The position numbers and the translations under genes were made by a program. DNA of 64,000 nucleotides from an uncultured bacterium. GTDB taxonomy: Bacteria; Patescibacteriota; Minisyncoccia; Phycocordibacterales; UBA2100. Below are positions 50,502-62,013 of the stretch, piece by piece; the stretch's first letter is position 1; each line of letters starts with the position of its first letter. The stretch lies in assembly GCA_903824595.1 (NCBI GenBank), contig CAIJXH010000014.1, forward strand, positions 12,005 through 76,004, written 5' to 3'. The notes under the pieces are model-generated. The model had not been told where the DNA came from and ran no database searches. It worked only from the letters and a program-made list of their open reading frames with translations.

Positions 50502-53500
50502 TTATTCTACGATCGACACATCACTTCCTTCGTGTGCTGCATTGAGCGCGCGCTCCATGTCATGAATGATTTTGTGTTTTTTGCTACCAGGAAACCCTGT
50601 ACCGGCAGGAATAAGGCGGCCAATGATGACATTTTCTTTGAGACCGATGAGGCGATCGACTGATCCTGCAACCGCAGCTTCGGCAAGTTTGCGCGGAGTG
50701 TTTTGGAAAGAAATCGCCGACAGGAACGATGCCCGCGTCAGCGAAACTTCTGTAATACCGAGCAAAAGCTGCTTGCCTTTCGCCAGTTCTCCATCCACGT
50801 CTCGTGCCGTTTTGTTGATGCGCTCAAACTCAAAGTCAGCCACAATATCGCCCGCAGATACACCTGTGGATCCCGGGTGCGTGATTGAGACGCGACTGAA
50901 CATCTGTTTGACAATAACCTCAAGATGTTTACGCGCAGTAGACACACCTTGTAATTCGTAGATACGCGTAATTTCACTGATCACGTACTCAAGCGTGCGC
51001 TCTTTTCCTGCAAGAGTATACAATTCTTCAAGCTCCGCAGAGCCATCGGTTAGGAAATCTCCCTTCAATACCGACGCGCCCTCTTTCACAATGATCGTAC
51101 GCAACGGACCCACTCGATATTCTGTCTCGCGTTTTGCTGCTTTTGCGGTTTTACCCGTAGACGCATGTTCTGGAATAATCGTAATGACCGTCTCTGATCC
51201 ATCTTTTGCGATTGATGACACTATGCCAGATACTCGAGCCATCGTCGCTGGAGCCTTCGGTGCTCGACATTCGAACACTTCCTCGACGCGCGGAAGACCC
51301 ATGGTGATGTCTCCACCCGCAGTCGCCACACCTCCCGTGTGGAATGTGCGCATGGTCAACTGCGTACCAGGTTCGCCAATTGCTTGTGCGGCAATAACAC
51401 CAATCGCTTCCCCGATATCAACCTGCTCGCCCGTTGCAAGATCGACACCGTAACACGCCTGACACACACCACGAGCAACCATACACGTAATAGGTGATCG
51501 TACGACAACTTCAGTGACTGACTCATCGCGCTCGACCATACTCGCGTCATCACGCGACAAGAGGTGGTTGCGTGAGAATGAACCTGCGTTTTCAGCAAGC
51601 GTCCTACCATGGATACGATCAGAGAATGATCCGCCGATGTTTTCTTTGCCCGGGCGCTTTATGGTAACTCCATGCTTCGATCCACAGTCATGTTCGAGCA
51701 CAACAACGTCATGCGCAACGTCAAAGAGACGGCGTGTGAGATACCCCGCACGCGCGGTATTGAGAGCGGTGTCTGCCAATCCCTTGCGTGCTCCGTGCGT
51801 TGAAATGAAATATTCGATGGGCGTCAGGCCTTCCTTGAGGGACGACGTGATGGGGAATTCAATAATTTCACCACGAGGATTGGTGATGAGACCTTTCATA
51901 CCCGCCATCTGATGCAGCTGAACAACGCTACCACGAGCCCCCGACGTAATCATGTCACGCACAGGACCGTACTGATCGAGAGAATCGACGACATGTTTGC
52001 GCAACTCACCCGATACCTTACCCCAAATCTCGATCGTCATGCGACGACGCTCATCTTCAGTCAAGAGTCCATTCATGTAGTTCTCTCGTTCCTGTGCAGC
52101 ATTCTCACGACCGCGCGCAATCATCTCCTTCTTCACCTCTGGGACAACCACGTCAGAAATAGACCACGTGATACCCGCATGCGTCGCGTAGCGGAATCCG
52201 AAACGCTTGATCGCATCAAGAATTTTCGGAATACCATCGAGCGAGTAGTGCGTAACGAGCGTGTGCACCAACGCACTCATGCGTTTGTTGGTTATTTCTT
52301 CGTTGAGATACGGGAAATCGTTCGGGAGCACGGAATTGAAGAGCAAACGACCGACGGTCGTCTCAAAAATAGCACCGCCAAACTGGGCATACTTTTTGCT
52401 ATCTCCGGGAAGAACTTTGATGGTGGCTCGCAAGTCGATCGCGCCAAAATCATATGCGGTAATTGCCGCATTCGTTGAAGGAAACGCTTTCCCCTCGCCC
52501 TTTGCACCCGCGACTGGTTTTGTCATCCAGTAGCATCCGAGCACGATATCAAGCAATTTTGAAGCAACTACCACGTCACCGCTTCCTGGTTTCAATACGT
52601 TTTTGTTTGCCGACATGATCTGCGCTGCTTCCATTTGCGCGGCTTCCGAAAGAGGCACATGCACTGCCATCGCATCACCGTCGAAGTCTGCGTTATATGC
52701 AGGACACACGAGCGGATGCACTTGAATCGCATTGCCCTCAATGAGGACGGGGCGGAACGCTTGAATGGATTGTCGATGTAGCGTTGGAGCACGATTCAAA
52801 AGCACATATTTTCCTTTGATCGCCTCTTCAAGAATCGGCCACACTTCTGGCGACTCGTCTTCTATCAGACGACCTGCTCCACGGATGTTGTACGCAAGCT
52901 CGCGACGCAACAATCCTTGTATTACAAAAGGACGGAACAGCTCCAGAGCCATGTGTTTTGGTAGACCACATTCATCAAGTGCAAGATCAGGACCGACAAC
53001 AATAACAGAACGACCAGAGTAATCTACGCGTTTGCCGAGAAGATTCTGACGCAAATATCCATGCTTGCCTTTGAGATAATCTGCCAACGATTTGAGCGCG
53101 CGACGACGACCACCCAAAACCCCGAGAACTCCAGCACCGCGACGCATCGAATTATCAAGGAGGGCGTCGATAGCCTCCTGCAAGATGCGTTTCTCGTTGC
53201 GCAAGATAACTTCTGGTGCATGAATGGCAAGTAACCGCTTGAGACGATTATTCCTATTGATGACACGTCGATATAGATCATTGAGGTCAGAAGATGCGTG
53301 TCGCCCACCTTCCAACGCAACCATCGGACGAAGTGCGGGCGGCACAACGGGCAAACGAGTCATGAACATCCATTCAGGACGCACTCCCGATCGCTGAAGA
53401 TTTTCCATAAGCGCGAGCCTCTTGCGCAAACGATCGCGATCAGCCGCTCCTGATTTTTCGTACTCTTCTTTTGTCTTCACGATACACGCTTCGATATCCG

Positions 53501-54188
53501 TATTCTTAAGAATGTTGTACAACGCTTCCGCGCCGATAGCTGCTCGAAACATAGCCCCATACTTCACCGCAAACAAGTGATACGCAGCCTCGTCCAAAAC
53601 AACACCAAGATTGATTGACTCGATGTCTTGTTTTGCCTTGAGAGCCTTCTCTTTCAGCTCGGTTTTTGTTTCCGCATTCTGGACAGACTTAGTCTTTTGC
53701 TGAAATTCTTGCTCAAGATCTTTCAGAAGACGCGCTCGCTCTTCTTCGTCAACATGCGTCACGATATACCCAGCGAAATATACAACCTTCTCCACCTCTG
53801 CAGCAGAAAGACCGAGCATGAGCGCGATACGCGACGGAATACCTCGCAAGAACCATATATGCGCCACGGGTGTCGCCAAATCAATGTGACCCATGCGTTC
53901 ACGACGCACAATTGACCGCGTGATTTCTACGCCACATTTCTCACAGGTGATACCGCGGAATCGAATGCCGCGATATTTCCCACAATAACACTCGTAGTCC
54001 TTTTCCGGACCGAATACTCGCTCATCAAACAAACCATTCTTCTCGGGACGCTGGGTGCGATAATTGATCGTCTCTGGTTTAGTTATTTCACCAAACGACC
54101 ACTCAAGAATCCGTTCGGGACTCGCAAGTCGCATTGCAACCGCTTCGAAATTCTCCGGAATCACGTCTTTTTTCTTTTGAATGTTCAT
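50502..54188 (-). CDS. rpoC: DNA-directed RNA polymerase subunit beta'
   Basis: 1228 aa with the NADFDGD catalytic motif and the N-terminal zinc-binding Cys residues. Confidence 0.95.
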   Translation of the reverse strand: MNIQKKKDVIPENFEAVAMRLASPERILEWSFGEITKPETINYRTQRPEKNGLFDERVFGPEKDYECYCGKYRGIRFRGITCEKCGVEITRSIVRRERMGHIDLATPVAHIWFLRGIPSRIALMLGLSAAEVEKVVYFAGYIVTHVDEEERARLLKDLEQEFQQKTKSVQNAETKTELKEKALKAKQDIESINLGVVLDEAAYHLFAVKYGAMFRAAIGAEALYNILKNTDIEACIVKTKEEYEKSGAADRDRLRKRLALMENLQRSGVRPEWMFMTRLPVVPPALRPMVALEGGRHASSDLNDLYRRVINRNNRLKRLLAIHAPEVILRNEKRILQEAIDALLDNSMRRGAGVLGVLGGRRRALKSLADYLKGKHGYLRQNLLGKRVDYSGRSVIVVGPDLALDECGLPKHMALELFRPFVIQGLLRRELAYNIRGAGRLIEDESPEVWPILEEAIKGKYVLLNRAPTLHRQSIQAFRPVLIEGNAIQVHPLVCPAYNADFDGDAMAVHVPLSEAAQMEAAQIMSANKNVLKPGSGDVVVASKLLDIVLGCYWMTKPVAGAKGEGKAFPSTNAAITAYDFGAIDLRATIKVLPGDSKKYAQFGGAIFETTVGRLLFNSVLPNDFPYLNEEITNKRMSALVHTLVTHYSLDGIPKILDAIKRFGFRYATHAGITWSISDVVVPEVKKEMIARGRENAAQERENYMNGLLTEDERRRMTIEIWGKVSGELRKHVVDSLDQYGPVRDMITSGARGSVVQLHQMAGMKGLITNPRGEIIEFPITSSLKEGLTPIEYFISTHGARKGLADTALNTARAGYLTRRLFDVAHDVVVLEHDCGSKHGVTIKRPGKENIGGSFSDRIHGRTLAENAGSFSRNHLLSRDDASMVERDESVTEVVVRSPITCMVARGVCQACYGVDLATGEQVDIGEAIGVIAAQAIGEPGTQLTMRTFHTGGVATAGGDITMGLPRVEEVFECRAPKAPATMARVSGIVSSIAKDGSETVITIIPEHASTGKTAKAAKRETEYRVGPLRTIIVKEGASVLKGDFLTDGSAELEELYTLAGKERTLEYVISEITRIYELQGVSTARKHLEVIVKQMFSRVSITHPGSTGVSAGDIVADFEFERINKTARDVDGELAKGKQLLLGITEVSLTRASFLSAISFQNTPRKLAEAAVAGSVDRLIGLKENVIIGRLIPAGTGFPGSKKHKIIHDMERALNAAHEGSDVSIVE

Positions 54189-54196
54189 AGATAAAG

Positions 54197-57100
54197 CTAC
54201 GCGCGCGCGCGATTATCGCTGCTAATAAATTCTATGTTGATACCCAACCCTCGCAAATGTCGAACGAGCACATTGAATGTCGCAGGCGTGTTACTTTCTC
54301 GTATACGCTCCCCAGAAACAATCGCATCAAATGCGGCAGATCTTCCGACGATGTCATCCGATTTTATCGTGAGAATTTCGCGCAATGAATGAGCTGCGCC
54401 ATACCCAAGAAACGCCCATACTTCCATTTCTCCAACGCGCTGACCACCGTTTTGTGCTTTACCTCCAAGCGGCTGTTGGGTCGTGAGTGAGTACGGACCG
54501 ATCGAACGCATGTGGATCTTATCTTCCACCATGTGATGCAGTTTGAGCATATACATGATACCGACTGATACAGGCTGGGCAAATGCCTCCCCCGTGCGTC
54601 CATCAAACAAAATTCTCTTACCATCATCGCGGAATCCTGCTTTCGTGAGTTCCTCTCTGATTTCTGATTCACGCGCACCCGCAAATGACGGCACGACTGC
54701 CTGATACCCGAGCGCATCGGCAGCAAGCCCAAGATGCAGTTCGAGAATTTGTCCGAGATTCATACGAGAAGGTACGCCAAGCGGAGTCAGAATGATGTCT
54801 ACAGGATTACCTTGTTCATCAAACGGCATGTCTTCTTCGGGCAGCACGCGCGATATAACGCCTTTGTTGCCGTGTCTGCCCGCGAGCTTATCGCCCACTG
54901 ACACCGTACGAAGCTGCGCCACCTCAACATGCACACGCTTGATAACTCCACTCTCCAACGCATCACCATTCTCGCGTGAGAATATTTTTATACCGACAAT
55001 GCGACCACGCTTTCCTCCCTCCATACGAAGCGACGTGTCTTTGACATCCTTTGCCTTTTCACCAAAAATTGCGTGCAGAAGACGTTCTTCAGGCGTGAGC
55101 TGCGTCTCTCCTTTCGGAGTTACTTTTCCGACCAATATATCGCCCGATCGCACTTCCGCGCCAATTCTGATGACGCCGTCTTCATCAAGGTTGCGTAGTT
55201 TGAATTCCGATACATTCGGTATATCGTGCGTTGTCACTTCTGCGCCCAGTTTAGTATCACGCACGACACACACAAACTCTTCCATGTGAATCGACGTGAA
55301 TCGAGCATCTTTCGCCAATCGTTCTGATATGACGATTGCATCCTCAAAGTTTGCTCCAAACCACGGCAAAAATGCAACGCGCACATTCTGACCGATCGCC
55401 AATTGACCGCCGACTGATGTAGAGGTGTCTGCCAGTACGCTTCCCTTTTTCACAACATCTCCCACCGCAACAGCAGGACGCTGGTGGAACGTGGTGAATC
55501 CATTGGTTCTTGAAAAATTGACGAGGCGATACTCTTTTGTTTTCCCATTCTCTCCCTTGATCTTGATAATCCGTGCATCCACATACGTCACCTCTCCAGC
55601 TTCTTCAGCCAAGACAAGGCGTCCAGAATCACGAGCAGCGATTGTTTCCACGCCCGTACCCACCACAGGTGCTTCAGGCACCGCAAGAGGCACTGCTTGC
55701 TTCTGCATGTTAGAACCCATGAGGGCTCTGTTGGCATCATCATTTTCCACAAACGGGATAAGCGATGTGGCGACAGAAAATGGTTGATTGGACGCGACTT
55801 CAATGAAATCAACGTCGACACTATTCACAATCGTCGGCTTTCCTCCAAAACGAACATCGGCTTGCGGATAGGTGAGCTTGCCCGCGTCGTCGCGCGGTGT
55901 GGCTGCATGCGCAATGGCATACTGCTCTTCGTCAAACGCGTTCATGTACACAATCTCTTTCGTCACTACTCCGTTTTTTACTTTTGCATACGGCGTTTCG
56001 ATAATGCCGAAATCATTTGGTCGCGCATACAACGACATGTGAAGGACAAGTCCGATGTTTTTACCTTCTGGCGTATGTATCGGACACACGCGACCGTAGT
56101 GAGAAGAGTGCACATCGCGCACCTCCAGACCTGCTCGCTCCGACGTGAGACCGCCGCGACCCAAAGTTGACAAAATACGCAAATGCTCGATCTCATCAAG
56201 CGTGTTGTACTGCTGCATGAGCTGTGAAAGCTGGTCGGTTGTGAAGAACTCTCGTATGGCGGCCTGGAAAGGACGCGGATTGACGAGTGATACGGGAACC
56301 GTAGTTTCTGCATCAACCATTGCCATGCGATCCTGGATGTTACGCTTCATTCGTGAAAGTCCGATGCGCATACGCTGCTCGAGCAACTCGCCCGCAAAAC
56401 GTACGCGGCGGAACCCGAGATGGTCGATATCATCCGACTGTGCCGCAGGATCCGCATTTAGACTCGCAATATGCGTGATAATCCGCACCACATCATCAAG
56501 AGTAAGTGTCCCATTGAGGAGATCTTTTTCGGAAATTCCGAGCCCAAATCGACGATTGAAATGGAAGCGTCCGACTCTCGAGAAATCATATCGTTCCGCG
56601 GAAAGAATCGAGCGTACGTGTTCGCGAGCATTCTCTGGCGTCGCAATATCACCATCGCGGAGACGGCGATATATCTCGACATACGCTTCATCTGGCGTAT
56701 GCGCCGTATCGTGAGCAAGAGTCGTCGCAATAGCATGCGACGCAACAACCGACGATTCAAATCGCCCCTTGATAAGCGCGTCGGTTTGAAGGCCAAGCAC
56801 TCGCAATAACGATGTAACGGGGAAGCGACGCTTGCGATCTATTTTTACATATATACCCCCATCGGCATCCGATTCGATTTCTATCCATACTCCGCGTGCG
56901 GGAATAATCTTCGCCGCGAAGTAATTTTTACCCTTTGAGGGAATGCCCTCAAAAAACACTCCGTACGATCGCGCGAGCTGCGGCACCACAACACGCTCAA
57001 CACCGTTGATAATAAATGATCCATGCGCCGTCATCCACGGAAAATCCGTGAGAAAAATTTCTTGTTCTTTTTCGGCTCCGGTCGTTTTGTTGTGCAATTT

Positions 57101-57382
57101 GACTACCATTGAGAGAGGTGCCTCGTACGTCTTCATCGCATCCTTCGCGTGCTGCTCGTCCCATCGCAACTCACCAAAGGTAAATTTCACGAGTTTGAGC
57201 TCAAACTTTTTACCAGAATGATCGTTGATGGGAGAAAACTCCTTGAACACACGCTCTGCGCCCGTCTCAACGAAATCCTTGAATGATCCTATTTGCGCTT
57301 CGACAAGCGAGGGCAATTTCACCAACGGCTCACGATAGCGACCGAAATACTTCTGCGGTCTCACACTGCGTGTCTTTGACAT
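54197..57382 (-). CDS. rpoB: DNA-directed RNA polymerase subunit beta
   Basis: About 1060 aa with the conserved beta-subunit blocks. The start was chosen at MSKTRSVRPQKYFGRY. Confidence 0.95.
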   Translation of the reverse strand: MSKTRSVRPQKYFGRYREPLVKLPSLVEAQIGSFKDFVETGAERVFKEFSPINDHSGKKFELKLVKFTFGELRWDEQHAKDAMKTYEAPLSMVVKLHNKTTGAEKEQEIFLTDFPWMTAHGSFIINGVERVVVPQLARSYGVFFEGIPSKGKNYFAAKIIPARGVWIEIESDADGGIYVKIDRKRRFPVTSLLRVLGLQTDALIKGRFESSVVASHAIATTLAHDTAHTPDEAYVEIYRRLRDGDIATPENAREHVRSILSAERYDFSRVGRFHFNRRFGLGISEKDLLNGTLTLDDVVRIITHIASLNADPAAQSDDIDHLGFRRVRFAGELLEQRMRIGLSRMKRNIQDRMAMVDAETTVPVSLVNPRPFQAAIREFFTTDQLSQLMQQYNTLDEIEHLRILSTLGRGGLTSERAGLEVRDVHSSHYGRVCPIHTPEGKNIGLVLHMSLYARPNDFGIIETPYAKVKNGVVTKEIVYMNAFDEEQYAIAHAATPRDDAGKLTYPQADVRFGGKPTIVNSVDVDFIEVASNQPFSVATSLIPFVENDDANRALMGSNMQKQAVPLAVPEAPVVGTGVETIAARDSGRLVLAEEAGEVTYVDARIIKIKGENGKTKEYRLVNFSRTNGFTTFHQRPAVAVGDVVKKGSVLADTSTSVGGQLAIGQNVRVAFLPWFGANFEDAIVISERLAKDARFTSIHMEEFVCVVRDTKLGAEVTTHDIPNVSEFKLRNLDEDGVIRIGAEVRSGDILVGKVTPKGETQLTPEERLLHAIFGEKAKDVKDTSLRMEGGKRGRIVGIKIFSRENGDALESGVIKRVHVEVAQLRTVSVGDKLAGRHGNKGVISRVLPEEDMPFDEQGNPVDIILTPLGVPSRMNLGQILELHLGLAADALGYQAVVPSFAGARESEIREELTKAGFRDDGKRILFDGRTGEAFAQPVSVGIMYMLKLHHMVEDKIHMRSIGPYSLTTQQPLGGKAQNGGQRVGEMEVWAFLGYGAAHSLREILTIKSDDIVGRSAAFDAIVSGERIRESNTPATFNVLVRHLRGLGINIEFISSDNRARA

Positions 57383-57529
57383 AACGATAGGTGATGCGCA
57401 CGGCTTGCCACGCTGCATCTTTATTGTGTTAGTGCACGACTTATTAATTAAAGCGCCCGGAACCCCAATCCGCACACTTTACTCAAAAGCACAACCGCAA
57501 CACATTCGGCTCGGAGCAAAAGTCGCGCG

Positions 57530-57558
57530 ATTATATACGACAATTTCTTTCAAGTCAA
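57530..57558 (-). promoter_or_regulatory. Near-consensus sigma70 promoter for rpoBC (TTGACT-17-TATAAT) with a leader of about 150 nt
   Basis: The minus strand reads GTTGACTtgaaagaaattgtcgTATATAATcg. Confidence 0.5.
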
Positions 57559-57593
57559 CAAAACGTATGTCTGCCAACATGGACAGCAGTGCA

Positions 57594-58136
57594 TCATCTC
57601 TTGTTCCTCACAAAAAGCATCACAACAATCAAGAAAGCGAAGAGCGAGAAACACATGAGCGGGAATGTAATGTAGCCGAATTCAAAAAGAAATCGCTGAG
57701 CACAATCACTTGCGCGCGAAAGATTTGCAGGACACGGAATAATGCTCGCACCGCCCATTTGAAGATAGTGCTGATATAGCGCAACACACGCGCCCGAAAC
57801 CGAAAGCGCTATGGAGTAATCGGCGATATGCGTATCACGTTTCGCGAGAGCCAAGCCAAAGAGAGGTACTTGTGCATACAAAAACACTCTCTGCCACCAG
57901 CACCACGCACAGGGAGCAAATCCGAGGATCTCTGAATAAAAGAGTGAGGTTGCCATGCCGCCAAGCGTTAGTATACATCCAAGCCACAAACCATTGCGCG
58001 CGAGCATGTCCCCGATGTCGTTGAGATCTGGAAAACGTTTTCGAATAAAAAAGAGTGCAAGAAACGCAATCGTCGCAATCTCAAGTACCAGCGTTGCCGC
58101 CGCGAGTGCTTGATTGAGTGTCTCAACAGAAATCAT
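57594..58136 (-). CDS. dsbB: Disulfide bond formation protein B (DsbB/BdbC family)
   Basis: Four TM helices and the CxxC pair in FAPCAWCWWQR, plus a second Cys pair in the next periplasmic loop. Confidence 0.65.
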   Translation of the reverse strand: MISVETLNQALAAATLVLEIATIAFLALFFIRKRFPDLNDIGDMLARNGLWLGCILTLGGMATSLFYSEILGFAPCAWCWWQRVFLYAQVPLFGLALAKRDTHIADYSIALSVSGACVALYQHYLQMGGASIIPCPANLSRASDCAQRFLFEFGYITFPLMCFSLFAFLIVVMLFVRNKR

Positions 58137-58138
58137 GG

Positions 58139-58525
58139 TTACTGCCCACTCGGCAACGGACATCCGCTCGCGGCAGCAAGCTCCTGCAGCGTATGTTCTC
58201 CCGTGAGGGTCGTTGTACTGTTGGCAAATGTCCACGTGGGGTAGCCCTGAATCCCTTTGTCTTTACACACTTGCGTCTGACCCTGTCCGTTTGGAGTAGA
58301 ACATTCTACATACGGCAACTTTGATGCCGCAGCTCCGAACAATGCTTTAGTTTTCTGACAATGAGGACACCAGAACGCTCCGTAAAAGATCGCGCCTTTA
58401 TCTTTGAGGCATTGCGCAAAAGGAGCGAGATCGCGCGATCCCGTATTCGCAAAAAACACTACTCCGAGACATAGGGCGATCAAAAGCAGCATAGCAATCC
58501 AAAACAGCGCAGCGCCTTTTTTCAT
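58139..58525 (-). CDS. Membrane-anchored thioredoxin-like oxidoreductase, the Trx type that is normally fused to VKOR
   Basis: A TM anchor, then FYGAFWCPHCQKTKALFG...YVECSTPNG...C...GIQGYPTWTF. Confidence 0.65.
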   Translation of the reverse strand: MKKGAALFWIAMLLLIALCLGVVFFANTGSRDLAPFAQCLKDKGAIFYGAFWCPHCQKTKALFGAAASKLPYVECSTPNGQGQTQVCKDKGIQGYPTWTFANSTTTLTGEHTLQELAAASGCPLPSGQ

Positions 58526-60328
58526 GTGTGTCAGTATATAATGTTCAGAATGAAAGCGCTATTGTATTCCCTGTCTGGAACGCCGATGCTTATCGCACTA
58601 CTATTGGTAGCAGGTAACATCGTACCCGTCTTTCTGTACGGCGCGATAGGAATCGGAATAGCAATGATCGTCTACTCCTCAATCGCAAAAATACGAACAG
58701 GCTCTTATTCTCTCGATTACATTGCGCTTCTTGCAATGATCGTCGCACTTGCAACAGATCATGGTATCGCGGGAGGCGTTATTGCGCTCATGGTGACGAG
58801 CGGCGAAGCACTCGACGCATACGCGTCACATTCAGCAGAAGAGGCCCTGCATACACTCGCCGATCGCATTCCAAAAACGTGTACCGTGCGATGCGCAAAC
58901 GGCAATACGATCGAACGGCCTATTCAAGAAATCATGCACGGCGACACCATCATCGTACGTCGACACGAACTCGTACCGCTTGACGGGATACTTGTTTCTG
59001 ATAGTGCATGTATCGACAACGCGCACCTCACCGGCGAAGCATTTTCTGCGACCTACGTGCGAGGCGCACGCATCAGAAGCGGATCAATCAATAGAGGAAA
59101 TTCTCTTGAGATCACGGTCGAGGGCACTGCCGATACATCAACCTATCATCGCATCGTGCGTCTTGTGGAAGAATCAAAACGTCACCCCTCCCCTACTACA
59201 CGCTTCGCCGAAAAAGTGAATCTGCCGTTTACCATGATTACGCTCGTTATTTCAGCGACCGCATATGTGTGGTCAGGAGACGTATCCCGTGCGCTTGCGG
59301 TACTCGTCATGGCAACACCGTGTCCGTTACTCATCGCGGCACCAGTTGCGTTTATTGGAGGAATATCTCGCGCAGCACGCCATTCGATCATTATAAAACG
59401 CCCCGTCTCGCTTGAGATACTCGATCGCGTATCCACGGTATTCTTCGATAAAACAGGGACACTCACGCTTGGTGAGCCCACGCTAACAAAGATTGAACGC
59501 ATACATACCGCGCGCACCGACGACAATATTCTCTCAATCGCTGCCGCTATAGAACTGCATTCATTACATCCACTTGCCAGAGCAGTCGTCACAACGCATC
59601 GCTCCAAACACCTCAACACCCTGCATGCGCACCGTGTCGCCGAAATACTGGGGACGGGGATCACGGGATACGTAGACGACATACCATTTTCAATCACGTC
59701 ATCGCATGGCGTAGAAACAGGTATTGTTGTATCAATTGCAGAATCAGGCGCAGAAATTGCACGGCTACACTTTGAGGATGCGCTGAAAGAACATGTTGCT
59801 CATCTTTTTCACACACTGATGGCGCGAGGTATTCACATCGAAATACTCACGGGCGACACACGCGAAAACGCCGAACGTATCATGGGTCGCTTCGGAATTC
59901 CCATTCGCGCAGGCATTTCTCCTGAAGAGAAATTTATTGCCATAGGTGCTGCTCGTACACATGGCGACACGGTTGCCATGGTCGGAGACGGACTCAACGA
60001 CGCTCCCGCACTCGCGCACGCCGATATTGGAATCGTATTCTCTGGCACCGAAAACAGCGCTTCCATAGAGGCGGCGTCTATCGCAATTCTCGGATGCGAC
60101 ATATCGCTCTTGCAGGAACTTTTTGACACTGCCCACACATCGGTACGTATTGCGCGACAAAGCATGATCGGAGGAATAGCTCTATCCGCGATCGGCATGA
60201 TATTCGCCGCATGTGGCTATATTTCTCCGGTCGCAGGCGCATTACTTCAAGAAATTATAGATGTTATTGTTATTCTCAACGCACTGAGGACGCGCACTTC
60301 GCACATTTACACCCCACGGGTTCAATAA
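58526..60328 (+). CDS. P-type ATPase, P1B-like, lacking an N-terminal metal-binding domain
   Basis: DKTGTLT, the TGES-like region, and the GDGLNDAPAL hinge. The TM6 motif reads CPL (ATPCPLLIAAP) in the position of the CPC/CPx motif. Confidence 0.85.
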   Translation: MCQYIMFRMKALLYSLSGTPMLIALLLVAGNIVPVFLYGAIGIGIAMIVYSSIAKIRTGSYSLDYIALLAMIVALATDHGIAGGVIALMVTSGEALDAYASHSAEEALHTLADRIPKTCTVRCANGNTIERPIQEIMHGDTIIVRRHELVPLDGILVSDSACIDNAHLTGEAFSATYVRGARIRSGSINRGNSLEITVEGTADTSTYHRIVRLVEESKRHPSPTTRFAEKVNLPFTMITLVISATAYVWSGDVSRALAVLVMATPCPLLIAAPVAFIGGISRAARHSIIIKRPVSLEILDRVSTVFFDKTGTLTLGEPTLTKIERIHTARTDDNILSIAAAIELHSLHPLARAVVTTHRSKHLNTLHAHRVAEILGTGITGYVDDIPFSITSSHGVETGIVVSIAESGAEIARLHFEDALKEHVAHLFHTLMARGIHIEILTGDTRENAERIMGRFGIPIRAGISPEEKFIAIGAARTHGDTVAMVGDGLNDAPALAHADIGIVFSGTENSASIEAASIAILGCDISLLQELFDTAHTSVRIARQSMIGGIALSAIGMIFAACGYISPVAGALLQEIIDVIVILNALRTRTSHIYTPRVQ

Positions 60329-60674
60329 AATCTTTCACATATTCTTCACCATAATCGAACGTGAGTTCTTCGCCAATCTCAATATCGCGTAACGCAAATA
60401 GCATGACGCGCCCTTCGCACAAATCGGATACGCAATTTGGATCGCATGAATGGTTCATCCAACGCGCTTTGTTGCTACGCACCGATCCATCAATGGTCCA
60501 CCCGTCTTCAAGATCAAACAGATATCGTGTTTTTAGCGTATCGGCAATCGACGTTGGGATACGCACACCCGTATACTCAACAACATAATCATCTTTCGCA
60601 ATATTCTGAGTGGCAAACAAGCCACACCCCGTGCGTGATCTTCGTACCGCAAACGCATCGTGCGTTGTGCTCAT
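60276..60674 (-). CDS. SET-domain protein (putative protein lysine methyltransferase)
   Basis: RRSRTGCGLFATQNIAKDDYVVEY, the NHSCDPN motif, EELTFDY, and a post-SET-like cysteine cluster CKCAKC. Confidence 0.7.
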   Translation of the reverse strand: MSTTHDAFAVRRSRTGCGLFATQNIAKDDYVVEYTGVRIPTSIADTLKTRYLFDLEDGWTIDGSVRSNKARWMNHSCDPNCVSDLCEGRVMLFALRDIEIGEELTFDYGEEYVKDFIEPVGCKCAKCASSVR

Positions 60675-60722
60675 AATGCGCGCGAGCATACCATTTAGAC
60701 CTCGATACGCCAATATGATAGA

Positions 60723-61994
60723 ATGCCACGCATGAGCACAGGAGAAAAACTCTCAACGGAGAGCTATAAAGGCGTACGAGATTTCTATCCAGAAGATCAG
60801 TTTTACCAACGCTACATCTTTGAACACATGGAGCGCGTGTGTGAACTTTTTGGGTATGAAGAATATGGTGCCAGCGTACTCGAACCGGCAGAATTATATA
60901 AAAACAAAACATCCGACGAAATCATCAACGAACAAACATACACGTTTACCGATCGCGGCAATCGCGAGGTAACTCTGCGTCCAGAAATGACGCCCACGTT
61001 CGCTCGCATGATTGCGGCTCGATTGCGAGATATTCCCCTCCCCGCACGATGGTATACCATTGCCAATGTATTCCGCTATGAACGACCGCAACGTGGTCGT
61101 TTACGCGAACACTGGCAGCTAAACGTGGATTGCGCTGGAGCAGACAGCGTGTATGCAGACGCCGAAATTATAGCCGTTGCACACGGTATTTTGATCAGTA
61201 TGGGCGCGGAAGAACGTGATTTTGAAATTCGAGTGTCCGATCGACGCATCCTCGATGCTTTGTATGACGCAACAAACATTGCTCCGTCCATGCGCGCCCA
61301 AGTAACGCGATTACTCGATCGTCGCGCGAAAATAGATGATTTTGAACAAGCGCTTGCCGCTATCGTAGGTGATATCACGCATGCAACACACATTATTCGT
61401 GAACTTGCGCGCACCACCTCAACCGCGTATCTCGAAGATCTCCGAGCCAAACTTTCTCTCATGGGAATCAACAACATGGTCGTCGACACATCGATCACGC
61501 GAGGGTTCGATTACTATACGGGCATGGTGTTTGAACTATTCGATACAAGCGAGGCAAATCGAAGGGCGATTTGTGGTGGCGGAAGATATGACAACCTGCT
61601 CAATCTTTTCGGCGGCGACGCTCTTCCCGCAGTCGGTTTTGGTATGGGCGACGTAACCATGCGCGATTTTCTCGAAACTCACAATCTTCTACCTGCGTAC
61701 ACGCCAGCAAGCGAAGTCATGGTGTGCGTCGTCGACCAAGATTCCGTAGGCCACGCTCTTCAGCTTGCCCAAGATTTACGCCGCGAAGACGCGACCGTTT
61801 CTGTAAATGTTTCTGGCAAAAAAATCGGTGATCAAATTCGACATGCCGACAAGCTCAAAATACCTTTCGTTATTGCTATTGGTTCTAAAGAGCGTGAGTC
61901 TGGTCGTTATACCATAAAAAATCTCGCGACAGGCGCCGAGATAACGCTTCCCGCCGATCGCATAGCCGAACATATGTTTTCGACGCTCGGATGA
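60723..61994 (+). CDS. hisS: Histidyl-tRNA synthetase
   Basis: Class II motifs 1-3, the HisRS-specific region (RYERPQRGRLREHWQ, GGGRYDNL) and the C-terminal anticodon-binding domain. Confidence 0.9.
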   Translation: MPRMSTGEKLSTESYKGVRDFYPEDQFYQRYIFEHMERVCELFGYEEYGASVLEPAELYKNKTSDEIINEQTYTFTDRGNREVTLRPEMTPTFARMIAARLRDIPLPARWYTIANVFRYERPQRGRLREHWQLNVDCAGADSVYADAEIIAVAHGILISMGAEERDFEIRVSDRRILDALYDATNIAPSMRAQVTRLLDRRAKIDDFEQALAAIVGDITHATHIIRELARTTSTAYLEDLRAKLSLMGINNMVVDTSITRGFDYYTGMVFELFDTSEANRRAICGGGRYDNLLNLFGGDALPAVGFGMGDVTMRDFLETHNLLPAYTPASEVMVCVVDQDSVGHALQLAQDLRREDATVSVNVSGKKIGDQIRHADKLKIPFVIAIGSKERESGRYTIKNLATGAEITLPADRIAEHMFSTLG

Positions 61995-62013
61995 GCGCAA
62001 ACGCTTCACTATC

